Shown piece by piece: positions 13,158 to 27,300 of a stretch of DNA of 64,000 nt. Below the pieces are notes generated by a model that saw only the letters and a program-made list of their open reading frames with translations, had not been told where the DNA came from and ran no database searches. This DNA comes from a virus. Lineage: Duplodnaviria > Caudoviricetes. The translations under genes and the position numbers were made by a program. Numbering within the stretch: the first letter of the stretch is position 1; every line of letters starts with the position of its first letter. Location of the stretch: positions 64,001-128,000 of the IMG/VR virus record IMGVR_UViG_3300013830_000002, one strand, 5' to 3'.

Positions 13158-16100
13158 CAGCATTCAGTTAATTTATCAAATAGTTCACTATCTATTTCAG
13201 CTATTGGTTCAAGAATATCAGCATATTCTTCCACCCAATCATTAAACATCTTATCAATCTCAGATTGTGGAAGCTGTGTATTTCCCACTATCTGATTGAT
13301 AGTATCCACAAAATTAGTAAGTCTGTTTTCCTCGATTGAGTATTGCTTAAACTCCTTTGAGTTAACAAGTTGCTCAAGTATCTTTCCAACAGTACTATCC
13401 CTGAAGTTTCTTCTTAAAATTGAGGTATTTTGCTCAGTAGGCTCTGATGGCTACTTGAAGGTATCCTCAAAGCTGGACTTACTAACAACAGTTATATCAT
13501 TTTTATTGATGGAATAGGTGCCTGGCTTTAAACCGTTTGTCTCATTGTCAATTTGCACCTTTATAATTCCATTTTCTAATTTAACGTTTTCTATAGGTAC
13601 ATTGTATTTGGTGGCAATGTATTCTTTATAAGTAACAAACCTATTATTTACGACATCAAATGTTATAAAGCTTGTATCTGACATTAAGTCATCAGCACTC
13701 CCATTTCTGTAAGAGGAGCCAAGCATTTTTTTCATATCTGTCATATAGCTGTTTGCCACATCATTCATGTCCTCAGCATCATCAAAATATGAAGAAAGTG
13801 CAGGATAAATATTTGGATAGTGCTCTTTGAATGTATCAGCCAGTGATTTTGGCTGCTCTCCAGAAGGCCCTGTTTCCTATGGTGTAGTAGTTTCCACAGT
13901 GACAGGATTAGTTGTAGCTTCCATTAATTTTGATAAAGGAATTCTGATTCCAGCTGTTCTCAAGTCAAGGTCTGACGTAAATAATGCAGGATTAGTACCC
14001 AGTTCAAAGAATAAAATAGTAGGCTGTATCTGTCCTTCTTTAGCAGCTGTAACAGTACTGATGTCTGTACTTGCTGTACTTGACTTCTGTCTACTTAAGT
14101 CTGGATTAATAAAGAAGCCATGCTTAAAGTAAGCATCGGTAAGCTACATGACTTTCTTTTGATGAAAGTCTTCAACTGTGCCATGAAAGATAAGATTAAG
14201 CATATCAAACAAGCTATTATCAATAATACCGTTTTTCGTTGGAGAAAGTAACGGTTTAGAGCCAGAATTTCCTGTTAAAAATTCAATTAAGCTTGACTTA
14301 ATCACATGCTCATCCACAGTACTGCCCTGACCGTCACTTGTATAGAATTTACAAGTCACATTTAATTTATCCTCTGGTGTAACGGCCATGACTTCAGGAT
14401 TATGCTGATAATAGGCAATTGTCTTAACCATACCAGAAATCAAAGCAGGAACAGCTGACCAGTATTCGCCCTAAGTGTACATTACCTTTCCTGCCTCACC
14501 TCCAATAGTAATAGTACCACTGTTACCTTTAATATCATTGATGAATCCTGATAACGACCTTCTGACAGCTTTTCGTGTATCAGCTGATTTACTGTTAATA
14601 TCAATATACTCATTGGCAAGGTATGGAGTTTTTGTATCTGTATGCATTAATGCAAGGTGCAATGAATACATTTTTGTGTCAGTACTCAAGCTCTCTCCAT
14701 CATGAGTATCCTTGTCAGTAACCATAGGATTAACCAGGGCATCAAGCATCTGCTTGAATTGTCTTGCTTTATCCAAAGTAATCGAAGCAAGGTTTACATC
14801 AATATCAGGTTTTGTATAAGCAGTTGTTCCCTTAAGGCTGAACCTTTGAATATGGAAACCGTTTATATTTGTATTATACCCTATCCTGAACATAGGAATA
14901 TCCTTACAAGTCTTTTCGGTAAATTCCCTAAATAGTTTATAATAGGAATTTTCCTCTATGTTGTCAGTATTGACATTCCCAAAAGTCTATAAGATTACTA
15001 CTGCTTTCTTAAGAGCCTCAGAAGCTTTTTCCTTATTCTTTTCTGTCTTACTTATATAGATATTGTAATCAGCCTCTGCCAGTTTGTCCATTTGCTCATC
15101 AGTAATATTATTATCTGATTTCCACTTATCATAAGTATTAAGCAGATTGACCAGGGAAGCTCTTGCATTCCATAATGACACAAACATTCTTATACCAGTA
15201 AAATTCTGTCTGTAAGGACGTCTATAGCCCCCTTCACTTCCTTGCATCTGACTTATAAACCTTTTATTTGTCATTTGTGAAAATGATAGTCCGTAATTAT
15301 TAAGAACTACCATTTTTACTACTGGTTTATGATGCATAGGGTCTTTGATTTGCTCTAACCATTTTTGTGCAAGCTGGTCAGACTTCAGTAAAGTGTCAGA
15401 TGTAACAAATATAATAGCCTTGCCTTTTAAGGTTCTGTCTATCTGGAACATCGGGTCATTCAAATCCCTACCTGAGTATGTATAAACAGGAGAAAATACC
15501 ATATTCGGATTATGGTCTATCAAAGTGTCAAGGTCTGTTGCATCCTCAACTTGCTCACCATTCTCAACTGGCTATTTGATAGTATCAGGATTAATTCTTC
15601 CACCAAGTCTTATAGGAACAGTTCTATGTACTGACCAGGTTGTTTCTGTAAGGTATTCAGGATTTACATTTCCCAAATCAACATCATAAGAGCCATTCTG
15701 TCTGAATTTTGTAAGTTGGTCGTTAAACCAGGATGTGTATCTTGTAGCTGCGCTGTTAAGATTATCGGACATTGACTGTAATTTAGCAATATCCTTTTTA
15801 ATTCTTTCAGCAGTTTCAGGTTTAATATCAGGAGCTTTAAGCTTATTCTACAAATTACTTATTTTTGCTGCCAATGACTTAGTCAGTTTTCCATCAGGTC
15901 TTGCATTTTCCATGAATGTCTTAGGGTCAGTAAGGCCAGCTAAGTCAATTTTACATATACGACCTTCATCGTTTTTGCACTCAAATACTATATTAACATA
16001 GTATGGAACAGGCTTTCCTCCTTCATCAATATTAATCACTCCGTCAAGCATCCAAGGAGCTTTTACACTATCATCAGCAAGTCTTATTTCAAGTTTGAGT

Positions 16101-19100
16101 TTTCCTGCTTCCCAATTTTTTCTTGAAATCTAAGACTGCACTGATGGAGGGAGCTCATTCCAATCATGCCCAAATAAAATAGCAGATTTGGTAGCATACA
16201 AATCCTTTAACAGAGACTGTTTATCACTGTAAGTATGATATTCATTTCCATCTTCCCTTTCAAGAGTTATTGCCTGTAGATTACGTAATACTCCTGTTTT
16301 AGGGAATTCTACTTTCCAAGGCTGTCTTTTCCCTTTGTGCTGAACACCATTTACAGTGTATGTAAATTCTTCTTCAGGAAGTACTGTTACAGACGTGACA
16401 GTTACTTTTCCATAGCTTTCAATTGGATAATCCTGCCATCCTTCTGCACTATTTGTATCAGGAATGACCTCATTGCTTTGCTCTTCAGTATCAGCCTGTG
16501 CACCCAATGTATGCAACACTTTTTCAGAATCAGTATCTATTGTCTTTGTGTCTGGGTCAGCCATATCATCAGCTGTAACAATTTCCTCTTTAGTGTGGTC
16601 TTGACCGTCATTAGTGTCATTGCCCTGTGCAGGTTGAGGTTCCTTCTACTTAGGTGCTTCTGGAGTTTTATCTTCTTTCTTTTGTGCTGTAGGCTCTTCC
16701 TTTTCCTCTTCATCCTGCTCGAATGTAAGCTGATTAAGAACACGTTTTTTAGCTTCAATCAAATCTTTTATACCAGCTTTAATGGAAGGAGCAGGGGTTT
16801 TCTGATTGGATATGACATTTTTTCCAATTATATCAGAAAGTCCATTATCAATAAAAATTGAAGCTTCCCTTGCACGGGTCATAAGAGTATACAGTTTCTG
16901 CAGCTCTTGATAAGCAGGACCAGTGGAATTAGGTTTAGTGAACTTTTCATCAATAACCACATAATCAAATTCCTGTCCCTACATTTCCTTCATGCTCATT
17001 ATATTTTCCTTTGGTATGTTTATTCCTGCTTCAATAAGTCTCTGTAGGTGGGCAGAAGAAGTACTTCCAATGAAAGCAATAGTAGGCATTGTACCGTCTG
17101 CCTTCTTTGTAGCTAAAGATGCCTTTATTTTATTTATGGTGTCTTCATCTAAATCTTTAGTAATAAGGTCTCCGTTCAGAACTGTGCTTCTGTAGATTCT
17201 GAAGTTCAATTTGGACATTTTAGCCTGAATTTTTGGAAACAGACTTTCATATTCTGCCTGAGTAGAGTAATTCCAGGCTTCAAGTACTTCATTTAATAAA
17301 CCTCTTACATCATCTTGATTTTGGGTTTTCTGCAGATTAGCATCCCTGAGTGATACAGACAGCTAAGGAGTCCTGACTGCCCATACAGAACCGACACCTA
17401 TATTGGAAACTTTATTATTCCCATTATATGCACCATTTTGTGCAGGGTCTCCTGTCATAAATACTTGAGCTCCTGTTTGTCTAGCATATTCACTTATAAT
17501 TTCAGCTTCTGCAGTGCTTAACTAAGTTGCCTCATCAATATAAATAACTGATGGAGTATCATCAATTTTATTGAAATGAATTTCATCTTTATGCAGCTCA
17601 ACTGTGTTGATTGCAAAAGGTGATTCAAATACCTTAAAGTATTTACTACTTTTTCCTTCAGGAACTTTCCTGAAGTCATCCATTATTTCCTTATATTGTT
17701 CCTTGCCTAAGATTTTTTCAAAAAGTTCCTTAAATGTTATGGATGAATCTCTGCCCATAGATTTTTGCATAGCTAACGCCTGTGTTGCAGTAGGCCCTGC
17801 AACAAAAGCAGTTTTATCCTTGAAATTCTAGTCAATTGTCTTTAAAACAACCTAAGTCTTTCCAGCACCAGCAACACCAGGAATAATGGTTACATTATCC
17901 AAGAAAGGAATGTTTGTCTTACTTTGGTTATATGCCTGTTTTACAATTTGCCTAAAAGTGTCCGTGGTAGAGGCAATGGCTACACGAGTATCGTATTCCT
18001 AAACTGTAATAGGAGCAATTGTCTCATTTGACTTTACTCTTGCTGCTAGTTTTGAGAAGAATGTATTTGGATTGTATGAAAACAGAGTTGCAAAATAAAC
18101 CAACTTGTCGTAGTCAGACATTGAATCCAGCTTAATTTTATCATTTATTTCTGAACTCTGCTGTCTTGCTGTCTTACTAATATCAGGAATTATTTTCTGA
18201 ATCAGATTACTCTTTTTAATGAATTCCTCAGTTGATAATCCAGAGTCTTTTAGAGCATTCTAAAAATTTCTGTGAATTATCTTTTCCATTTCAAAAAGAG
18301 GAATCTGAACTTCATCAGTAGAAGCCTTTGAAGTATCTATAGAAGAAGCCCCATCTATTAAATCATATTCCTTGTCACCTACTTTTACTTTCAAATCAGT
18401 ATTAGAAACCAAATCCCATAAAGCCTTATTCAAGATAGCATCTGTACGGGCCATCTTTTTGAGCTTGTTGGCAGTATTCTCATCACTGAATTTTACCCAC
18501 CTTTTAGCTTCTTCCTCATATTTATCAAGTTCAGAGCTAAACAATGTAGCATAATCATCCCTTAACTCTGGAAGTGGTTTCCACTCTGTCCTGAGCTTAT
18601 CAGCATGAGCTTTGGCAAAATCATTGATAGTTGCATTATGGCCAATAGGTGACATACCAGTTAATCGTTTAGTAGTTGCAGAAGCTATGTATGCCTTGAC
18701 AAGATGGAAATAGTTTATTGCCTTTTCTATGTCACTCTTTTCAGCGTCATTGAGTTGTAACTACTGAATATCATTAATATTATCATAATTATCCTAAATA
18801 GTGGAAATAATCTTTTCAAGATTAGGAAGGTTATCACCAGCAGAAGCTGCTACTTGTTGAATAAACTCTGTAATAGGATTTTTGATAGAGGTATTTATTT
18901 TCTCCTGAAGCTTTACTAGTGGATTGTTCTTGACATTAGCTACTATATTGTCTATCTGAGATTGTGCAAATGAGGTATTTTTGCTTGCCTGTTTAATAAT
19001 GGCATCCTAGAACATTCCAGCACTGATAGTTCCTTGAGCTAAATCTCCTAAGGTTATAGTAGCTATATTCTCTACCCCACTATTAAGTAATGCCTCAATA

Positions 19101-22100
19101 TGAGAATTTAAACTTTTTACTGTATCCTCGTCAAGATTAACAGCATTGCCATCTAAAACTTCCTGAAGTGTTAGATATGAGTCCTCCCCCTCATTAGCTA
19201 ATTCATCATTATTTTGAGCTATAGTAGAAATAGCATTTAATTCATTTTCTATATTACTGGTAAGCTATTTTACTTCAGTATTTGAAATTTGCTGCTTAAT
19301 ATCCTGAGTATTATTAAGCTCTGTAGTCAGTCCATAGGCAATGGCTTTCTACTTATCATTAAGCCCAGATAACTAAATTTCCCTTGATAACTTGTCCTTT
19401 ATTCTTTCAGGTAGAATATTTTTTATATATCTAGCTGTAATTGGGTCTACTTTATAACCAACTTTTTTAAGTTCATCATCAATTTTAGCTGCAAATTCAG
19501 CATCCAGATTTTCATTATATGCTTTAATTTTAGCAGCTCTAGTTGTCCGGCTGTTAGCTCCAGTAGTTTCATCAATGGTAGCAGTATTTCTGTTTTGGAA
19601 CTCTTCATCGGATTCATCATCTAATTTGTCATCCCAGCCCTTATATTTTTCTACTTGTTTTTGAGGATTAAATTCATCAGAAGTAAATAGCTTTTCTATA
19701 TTCTGTCTCCATGTTTCATATTGAGGAACTTCCTGTGACACTTGCTCCAAATGTGGATTAACAAGTTTTTCCACTTCCTTGTATTTCTTCCATGCATCGT
19801 CAAGCTTTGTTGGAAGTTGCTCTTTGACATAAATCCCCCACTGTTGGGCAGCATCTGCAAATTCATCAGGACTTAACTGACTTAATGGTTTGCTGTATTT
19901 ATTTTGTATCCAGTTTTCCATGTCCAACCCCATGAATTCCTGATGGATTTGGTCATCCATAGCAAAATTCATTTTACGAACATAGTCAACTGAATTTTCT
20001 CCTGCCAGAAAATCATCCACTGCTTTTTTGGCAGTATCTCTCTTTTCCTGCATTTCCTGTAAATTAGCCAGTCTAGCTTGCTATTGCTGTTCAGTAAGTT
20101 TATTTAAAGAAGTGTCCTGCAGAATAGGCTTACCATTTGGCAGGCCATCCATTGTGTTCTGAGCTTGTTTTAACTGCTGCTCAGCTTTAATCAGATTATC
20201 AAGAACTTGAGCAAAATCATTGTAATAATTTGTTAATGGTGCAATGTCCTTATACCTATTGAACCTTCTTTCAGATAAAACCATATTATCAAAAAGCTAA
20301 TCATCAGAAAGATTAAATCTATCCCCAACAATTACCTCTTCGATGCCGTCAATTTTATCTCTGACAAGATTGGCAACAGCTTGACTCTATGATTTTGATT
20401 CATCATCAGTTGTTTTCCAAGTCAAATTATTGTCATCACCTACTTCATACTCTGTAGCAGAAAGTGATTTACTTGCACCAGTTTTTCCTTCTTTTTGTAG
20501 CTAATCAACTTGGTCTCTAAGCTCATCCGCATGACCATTTCTAATTAAAGTAGCAAAATCCTTATCAAGGTTTCTTGACATTGCTCCTGGATTTTGAACA
20601 GCTTCTACGCCATAGAATAATCCTCCACCAGCAGCACCACCTGAGAAGTCCATTAGATACTTTTCCTGCCAGTTATCCCAAGCACCAACATCTTTGGCAG
20701 AAGTATCAAACCCAAACTTGCCTGCAAGTTGATAGGTTTGCTTGGCAAGGTCAGCAATAACATCCTCACCAACCTCTTCAATACCTTCACCAAAAGATTT
20801 TTCGGCAAAATTAGTAGTGTGATACTTTACATCTTCAAGAAATTTTCCAAAGCCTTTCTTACTAACATCAGAAGCTTTATGAATTAGCTTCAGAAATTTG
20901 TTTCTTTCAGGAACACTAGCTGTTTGAATAGCATTAAATGATTCTCTAGCTTTTGCAAACTCATCCTTGACTGCTTTTCTTGCAGCCTTTGTTACATCGC
21001 CAGTGGCATCGTCAAAAAACAATTCACCAATACCAGTTTTATCAAATTTGTACATTCCAAGAGTACTTCCCAATGCAACTGCAGCTGCATCAAGTTTAGA
21101 AGCACCGTGGTCAAGCATATCCTGATATACGTCTGTATTGCTTACAATTGCCATATAAGCAAGGGATAAATCTCTTCCAAGCTGGCCTGATTTAGCAGCT
21201 ATTTTTTCTGCTTCAGGCATAAACTTATTCAAGCAAGCTTGTCTAAGCTCCTCACTTGGACCAAGTTCAGCAGCTTTTGCCATATACAGATTTGCAGCAT
21301 TTTCCTGTGCTTCCTTAATAGCTTCAGGGCCAGCTTTTTTAAGCTTATTAAATGTGTTGGCAATTACTTTTTGTTGCCCCCATTGAACAGCTACATCAGC
21401 CATCAGGTTTCCAAAATTCTCAAATGAGAAGGCATTTTGCTGAGCATAGTCAGACGTAGAAGTTGTCCCTGCCTATGCTTTAGCAGCAATGGTGTTTATC
21501 CATGAAGGAGTTTCTGAGTCTGAAAAAGCAGTAACCATTCCATAAAGCATTGGCAAGGATTTAGCCATTTCACGACCAATCAATGCAGCGGAGTATACTG
21601 TACCAGCAGGCCCCATGAAAAGTGGTGCAACTGCTGCAATGCTTTTTGCAATAGTTCCTGGGATTGACTTCTCCAAATCATCTGAATCAAAGAAATCATA
21701 TTTGTTTAATCCCTTTCCATCAACAGTAAGAACATCTGTTGCTGCCAGTACATCCTTTCCAAGAGGAGACCTTCCTCCAAGGGTTTCATAATAATATGTA
21801 CCCTCATTGTTAAGCTTTGGGTCTCCTTTTTTATGTTCCATTGTCTCGCCTGTAACAGGGTCAATGTGTGTACCATCATTATCCCATGTAGCAAGTACAA
21901 GAGGGTCTTTAGTAAACATGTCTTTCAGGAACTCAAGTGGTTGCTCAAATAAGGCATGGTCATTTGGTGAGTAATTCTCATACTTTCCAGTAGAATAATT
22001 GAATACCTTACTATTTTCAGCAATTTCCCTTCTACTAAGTTCAGGGTCTGACACTATGTTTACTCCCTCAATACCAATGGCCTGCCTATCAGGATTATAA

Positions 22101-22438
22101 CCTCTTTTTACAGAAAAATGTACATCAACTACAGGAGTCTCATTAGTTCTGTCTATGTCAAACATGTCTAGTGCAGGCCCCTTATAGTAGTCACCTTTTT
22201 GGAACTCCCCAAACTCCGATACCTTCTTTTTATAGAAGGTATCGAATTTTGATTTAGAAAACTTGCCGTTTTCATCCTTAAAGGCATCGTTGTTTTTAAT
22301 GAAATTTGACTTTAGATATTCATCCTCACTGAGAAGCTGAGTATTATCTACAGTCATATCAGCAATATTGCTGAAATCTTTGACAGTGAAATCAGGATTG
22401 TTAAGTCCTGCAACTATCCAATCGTTTGCCTTTGCCAT
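13157..22438 (-). CDS. Giant virion cargo/ejection protein (~3093 aa) with N-terminal hydrophobic segments and an internal superfamily-1 helicase domain (TAG=Gln)
   Basis: 15 ORF fragments share one frame, each ending in TAG, with a true TGA at 13157. Helicase motifs in order: GVAGAGKT (17855-17878), AGPT, YIDEAT, TGDPAQ, M[Q]GQEFDYVVID, LYTLMTRA. EGIEE and GGAAGGGLF segments lie near the N-terminus. Confidence 0.85.
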
Positions 22439-22446
22439 AGTTTATA

Positions 22447-24381
22447 TTAATTATTAAGTACATCTGAAGAATTTCCTGCTGCCCTGCCATCCCTGACATA
22501 CCATTTATTTTGATTCCTTCTTTCCATTTCAGAAGCTTCATCATAATAATCAAGTTTCTGTCCATCAGTTCTAGCTGCAGTGACAACACTGTCATCAATA
22601 GGAATGTAGATTGCTGCCTTATACACTTTATCGTAATTATAGCCAGCCCGTTCAACAGGATTCCACCAGTTCTTTTCATCAATGTCAGGAACATTAAGTT
22701 TCTTTCCATCAGCTGTTTTAGTAGCTAAGCTATCCTTGATAAGCTATACTGCAGAATCAGTATCTCCTCTGTACTCTTTAACAAATGAGGAATCTTTGAC
22801 TCCAGAAAGTTTATCTGTAGTGTAGCCCTCAGTTACCAAGAATATTCCGAATTTATGCTCATTAAGACTTCCATCAGCCTTGAATACATCATACAAACCG
22901 TATTTTCTTGCCAGAGCATTTTTCTGAGTAGTGCTCATTCTCGGACTAAGAGCTAATTGAGCTTCAAATTTACGATATTTGTCAAGCAAACTAAAATCAA
23001 CACTTCCATCACTCTTGATAGGAAGAATTGCCCTTGTTATACCGGTATCGTTATATGTAATATTTTTGAGTTTATCAGGAGATATTTTCTGGTCTCCAAA
23101 TGTGATACTCTGATTATTTTTGACCAAATTAGCAATGCCTGATTTAGTCATCATATCACGCAAAGAAGTATTTCCTACTGCCTTACCATCAAGGTCAGTA
23201 ACCATACCCCAGGTTTTTCCTGTAACGGACATTTGTACTCCATCACCTCTGTCAACTGTGATAGGCTGTTCAACACCTCCGATACCTTTAACAAATTCTA
23301 TAAGCTAAGAGTCCTTAAAGTTATCCATGCCTTCATTGTCTTCAGAGCTTTTTCCTGACTTTCCTTTCTTACCTGATTTTGTACCATCATCATGTGCAGT
23401 AAAATCAAGGTCAAATTGCGTAGTAGTACTAAGCTGTGAAGCTATCAGTGTTTGTATTAGTTTTTTTGCACCTTCATCAGTTAAGTCCGACTTTGACTTC
23501 AGAAGAGCTTTTGCGTTGACTGGAAGTGTATTGTATATATAGGCAAATGCCTCTGCTGCCTATTGCTTTTGGTCTTTGGTAAGATACTTTGATTTATAAA
23601 GTTCATTTACTGTTCCATCATAGGTTTGTCCATCAGCTTCTTGAACAGCTTTTGCAAAATCTTTAAGTCCACGAATTATCCTGCCTTGCTTTGTACTAGT
23701 GTAACCTTCCTCTGAAGCTTCAGAAGTTCCAAGTTTTCCAAGGGCTTGATTAATCATGTTTGTAACAGTCTCCATTCCTATACCATTTTGTACTACAGAA
23801 AGAAGCTGATTTTTGTTGGCTAAAGTAACATCCTGAGCACGTTGATAAAGAAGCTCTGAATTAGTAAGTGGAGTGTATTTTCCACTTGATTTTCTGAGTT
23901 CTTCAGGGGTCATTGTTTTGAATTCACCCTTTTTGTTCATACAGATAAACTATCCTCTGTCAGTAATAGCATACTCATTTAAACCACCTTTTGACTCAAC
24001 ATGTTTATAAGCATTATCATATTCCTACTTGTTAAACTTGGCAACTTTAAGTTGATTAATGATTCCTAAATATCTGACGGCAATATTGGAAGTGTTTATT
24101 GTATTTCCACCCAGACCAGGTAAATCATTGGACAAATAGAAGTTTTGCAGCTTGTTTGTCAAAACAGCCATATCACTTGGAAGGCCATCCATATCTTTCA
24201 ATAGCTGAACAATGTCTTTATCAGTAAGATTTTCAGATTTTCCTGAAGAAGATGACTTTGATGATTTATCAGAGTCACTTACTGCAACATTTTCTGAAGC
24301 TGTTGAAAGTGGTGTATAAACAGCATAAGGAGGAGTCCATGCTCCCCCTTGCTGTAATTTTTCAATAAAATTCAGTTTCAT
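22447..24381 (-). CDS. Putative virion cargo protein (~644 aa; TAG=Gln)
   Basis: Fragments 24025.., 23560.. and 22744.. share a frame, with TAA at 22447. Starts MKLNFIEKLQQGG. Confidence 0.8.
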
Positions 24382-24382
24382 T

Positions 24383-27300
24383 TTATTTAGTTTTCATTCC
24401 TCTGATATAATCACGTGCAGTCTTGACAGAACGGTCTTGGTCTTTTTGATAGTTTTTCATTCTGTCTTTTACTGCGTTCTAAAAAATCTCTAATTTTTTA
24501 ACCCTTCCACGAAGTTTCTAAATAGCAACTTTTTCAGGGTCTCCAAACACTCCACCTTGCCTTGCCGAAGCCACTTCAGTACTTAATTCTGTAGGAGTAT
24601 ATCCTGTACCTCCTGTAGGAGCAAATGGATGATATTCAAACCCCCTTGACTTATAGTAGAGCTGCAATGATTTATCTTTGATTGCAGACATAATAGATAT
24701 ATATCTATTACGTTCATCATCAGTGAGGGTTTCAGATTTCTTCTTTCCTGTCATTATGTCATTGACAAGTTGCTGGTCAGCTTCTGTAGCAGGAGCACCT
24801 TGAACCATAACACCATATTGAGACAAGTTTGCAGTAACGGCATTTTGAATATTTGACTTGTTAAGAGCATCTGCTGTTGCCTGATTTTCAACTTGCTTAT
24901 TTCTTGCTTCCTGCTCGAATTGTGCAAGAAGTCCGTTAAGGGATTCATAATTTGCTCTCTTATAAGCAGCAAGTGCTTGTAAATCAGAAACTTGCTTATT
25001 AAATATATTAGTTCTATTAGTCATTGCAGTTTGCCATCTGTTATCATGGTTAATCATTTCCTGCTGGACTTGTCGGTTACGTGTATCTTGCTGAGCTGCC
25101 CAATCCTTATCATAACCTTGGTTTACATAATCGTTACCTTTCATAGCAGCTTCAAGATTACCAGCAGTATATTGTTCACCACTTGAAGTTACCGGAATCG
25201 AAGCCATGTGCTGAAGGTTTCCACGGTTTGCATATCCGTTCTGAACAGCAGTCTGATTGCCCATTACCCAAAGCTAATCTTCTTTAGGGTCTTTAAGCAA
25301 AGTTGGTAATCTTCTTGCTATATCAAGTTGTTGCTTGTTATGGCTTCTTGATGCTAAATACCTGCTGAAAGCAAGCATGTTAGGAAGCAATCCTCTTACT
25401 TCAGCAGCAATGTTCAATGGAGACTTTGCTGGAGTTTTCTCCTGTTCAAGAACTTCTTCGGTCTTCTTTGGGCCAGAAGGAGTTCCATCTTCTGGATTTG
25501 ATGGGGTAGAAGGTGAATTGGGACTTGCTGGAGTTTTTGAATATAATCGTCCAGTAGGGTCTTTCACTATTTGCCCTAAAAATTTAACTACATCTGCTTG
25601 TTCAGGAGTAGCATATTTTTCTAAATTAGGAATAACATCCTAATCAGTAATATCAATACCTCTCTGAGCAGTGGTTCCACCATTCCAAGATTCCTGTTTT
25701 TCTGAGTAACCAAATACTTTATGTTCTGGATTATCATCCACAGGACTGTCATTAGCAGTAGAATAAATGCTTCTGTGAGTTCTATTGAAATCAGTAACTT
25801 CCTGACCATGTCTATAAGCATTTTCACCGCTGTTTTCTGGCAGTGACATGTCATGCTTATACTGATACATACTGTCAATACTGTTATTATAGTTTGCAAG
25901 CAATTGGTCAATAGTACCCTTAGGATTATCTTTGAGCCATTTCGAAGCATAATTTAATAAAGCAACTTCACGAGCTCCAGGAATAGCCTGCCATTTAGCC
26001 CTTGCTACATCAGTGTTTTTTTGAGCATTTGTATAGTCAGAATTTTCTCTGTTTACTGTAGGCCACAGATTAGTATCCCTTGCGTTGTTTCTTGCATTTT
26101 TTATTCCAATGATATTTACAGGACTAGAACTTCCATACTCAGAACCTCTGGTATCAAAAAGATAGGGGCTATAACCAGTACCATAATTCCTTGGACCACT
26201 ATACTAAATTCCTGCCTTATTCATAATTTTGTCAGCTTGCTGAGCAAGGGAGGCAGTTGCTTTATTCCAATCAACCTTTCCATCTTGTCCAAAAATAGAA
26301 TCTTGGTTTTGCTATTGCTGCTGCTTTTTAAACTCATCAGTATTTACTCCCCACTAAGCTTTAGCAATTTGTCTTACTTTTAAAAACTTTCCTCCTTTTT
26401 TCTGATATTTGATTCCAAAGAAATTATTAGCAAAGAAATCCTAATAAATTTGTCTTGTATCATTAGGATTTTCCCTCATCATTCGAACAATATTTTCTAA
26501 GTCTTCTTCTGTTAAAGGCTTTCCTGTCTTAGGGTTAGTAGGAGTAATCCTAAATCCATGTGGATTCATTATTCTTCTAGCAGTTTCGGCAGGATTAAAG
26601 TGAGGGTTAGCTTGGGGTTGCTGTTTGGGTTCCTAAGCAACAACTGTAGCAGGCTTAGGAGTTGGCACTGACTCATTAGCTAAAGTAGAACTAGGAGTAG
26701 GCTCAGGAGCTGAAGTAGAACTAGGAGCAGGTTTAACAGCTGCTGTAGGCAAACCTACGTCATCAATAATATCAGCCCTATTTTGTGCAGCTTTTACAGC
26801 TCCATTAAATCTATATAGTCTTCCATATTTTTGCCTTAAACCAGCAAAATCAAGATACTCTGTTTCTCTGACTGCTCCAGGTTTTATTTTGTCAGTCTTA
26901 ACGGCTTCTCTGTTCCAAGGAAGTTTACTCTTCCATCCAGTAACACCTTCTTTAGCCTATGTCCCAGTTTTTACTGAATTGGATAACACATCATAGTCTT
27001 GATAAGAATTATGGGAATGAATAACATCATTTACAGTCTTAACATCCTTCGCTTTTTTTAAAGCCTCAACATCTTTTTTTCCTGTAAATAATAAAGTTTT
27101 ATTTTCCCCGTTTTTATTAGTAACATGTACTCGTACAGCACTTGTGGAGAACCCATTTCTAGCTTGTTTGGTAGCCCTAGTGGTACGATATATATTGCTT
27201 CCTCCAAGAGCAAGTGTAATTAAAGTTCCTATATTTCTCCAGTCCTATACAGTCATTTCATTCTATGGGCCTGGTTTTCCTATTTTACTAAGGGATTTTG

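Noticed and set aside
26630-26740. Short direct repeats (AAGTAGAACTAGGAG x2)
   Set aside because: They encode a Pro/Ser/Thr/Ala linker within a CDS and are ordinary low-complexity sequence.
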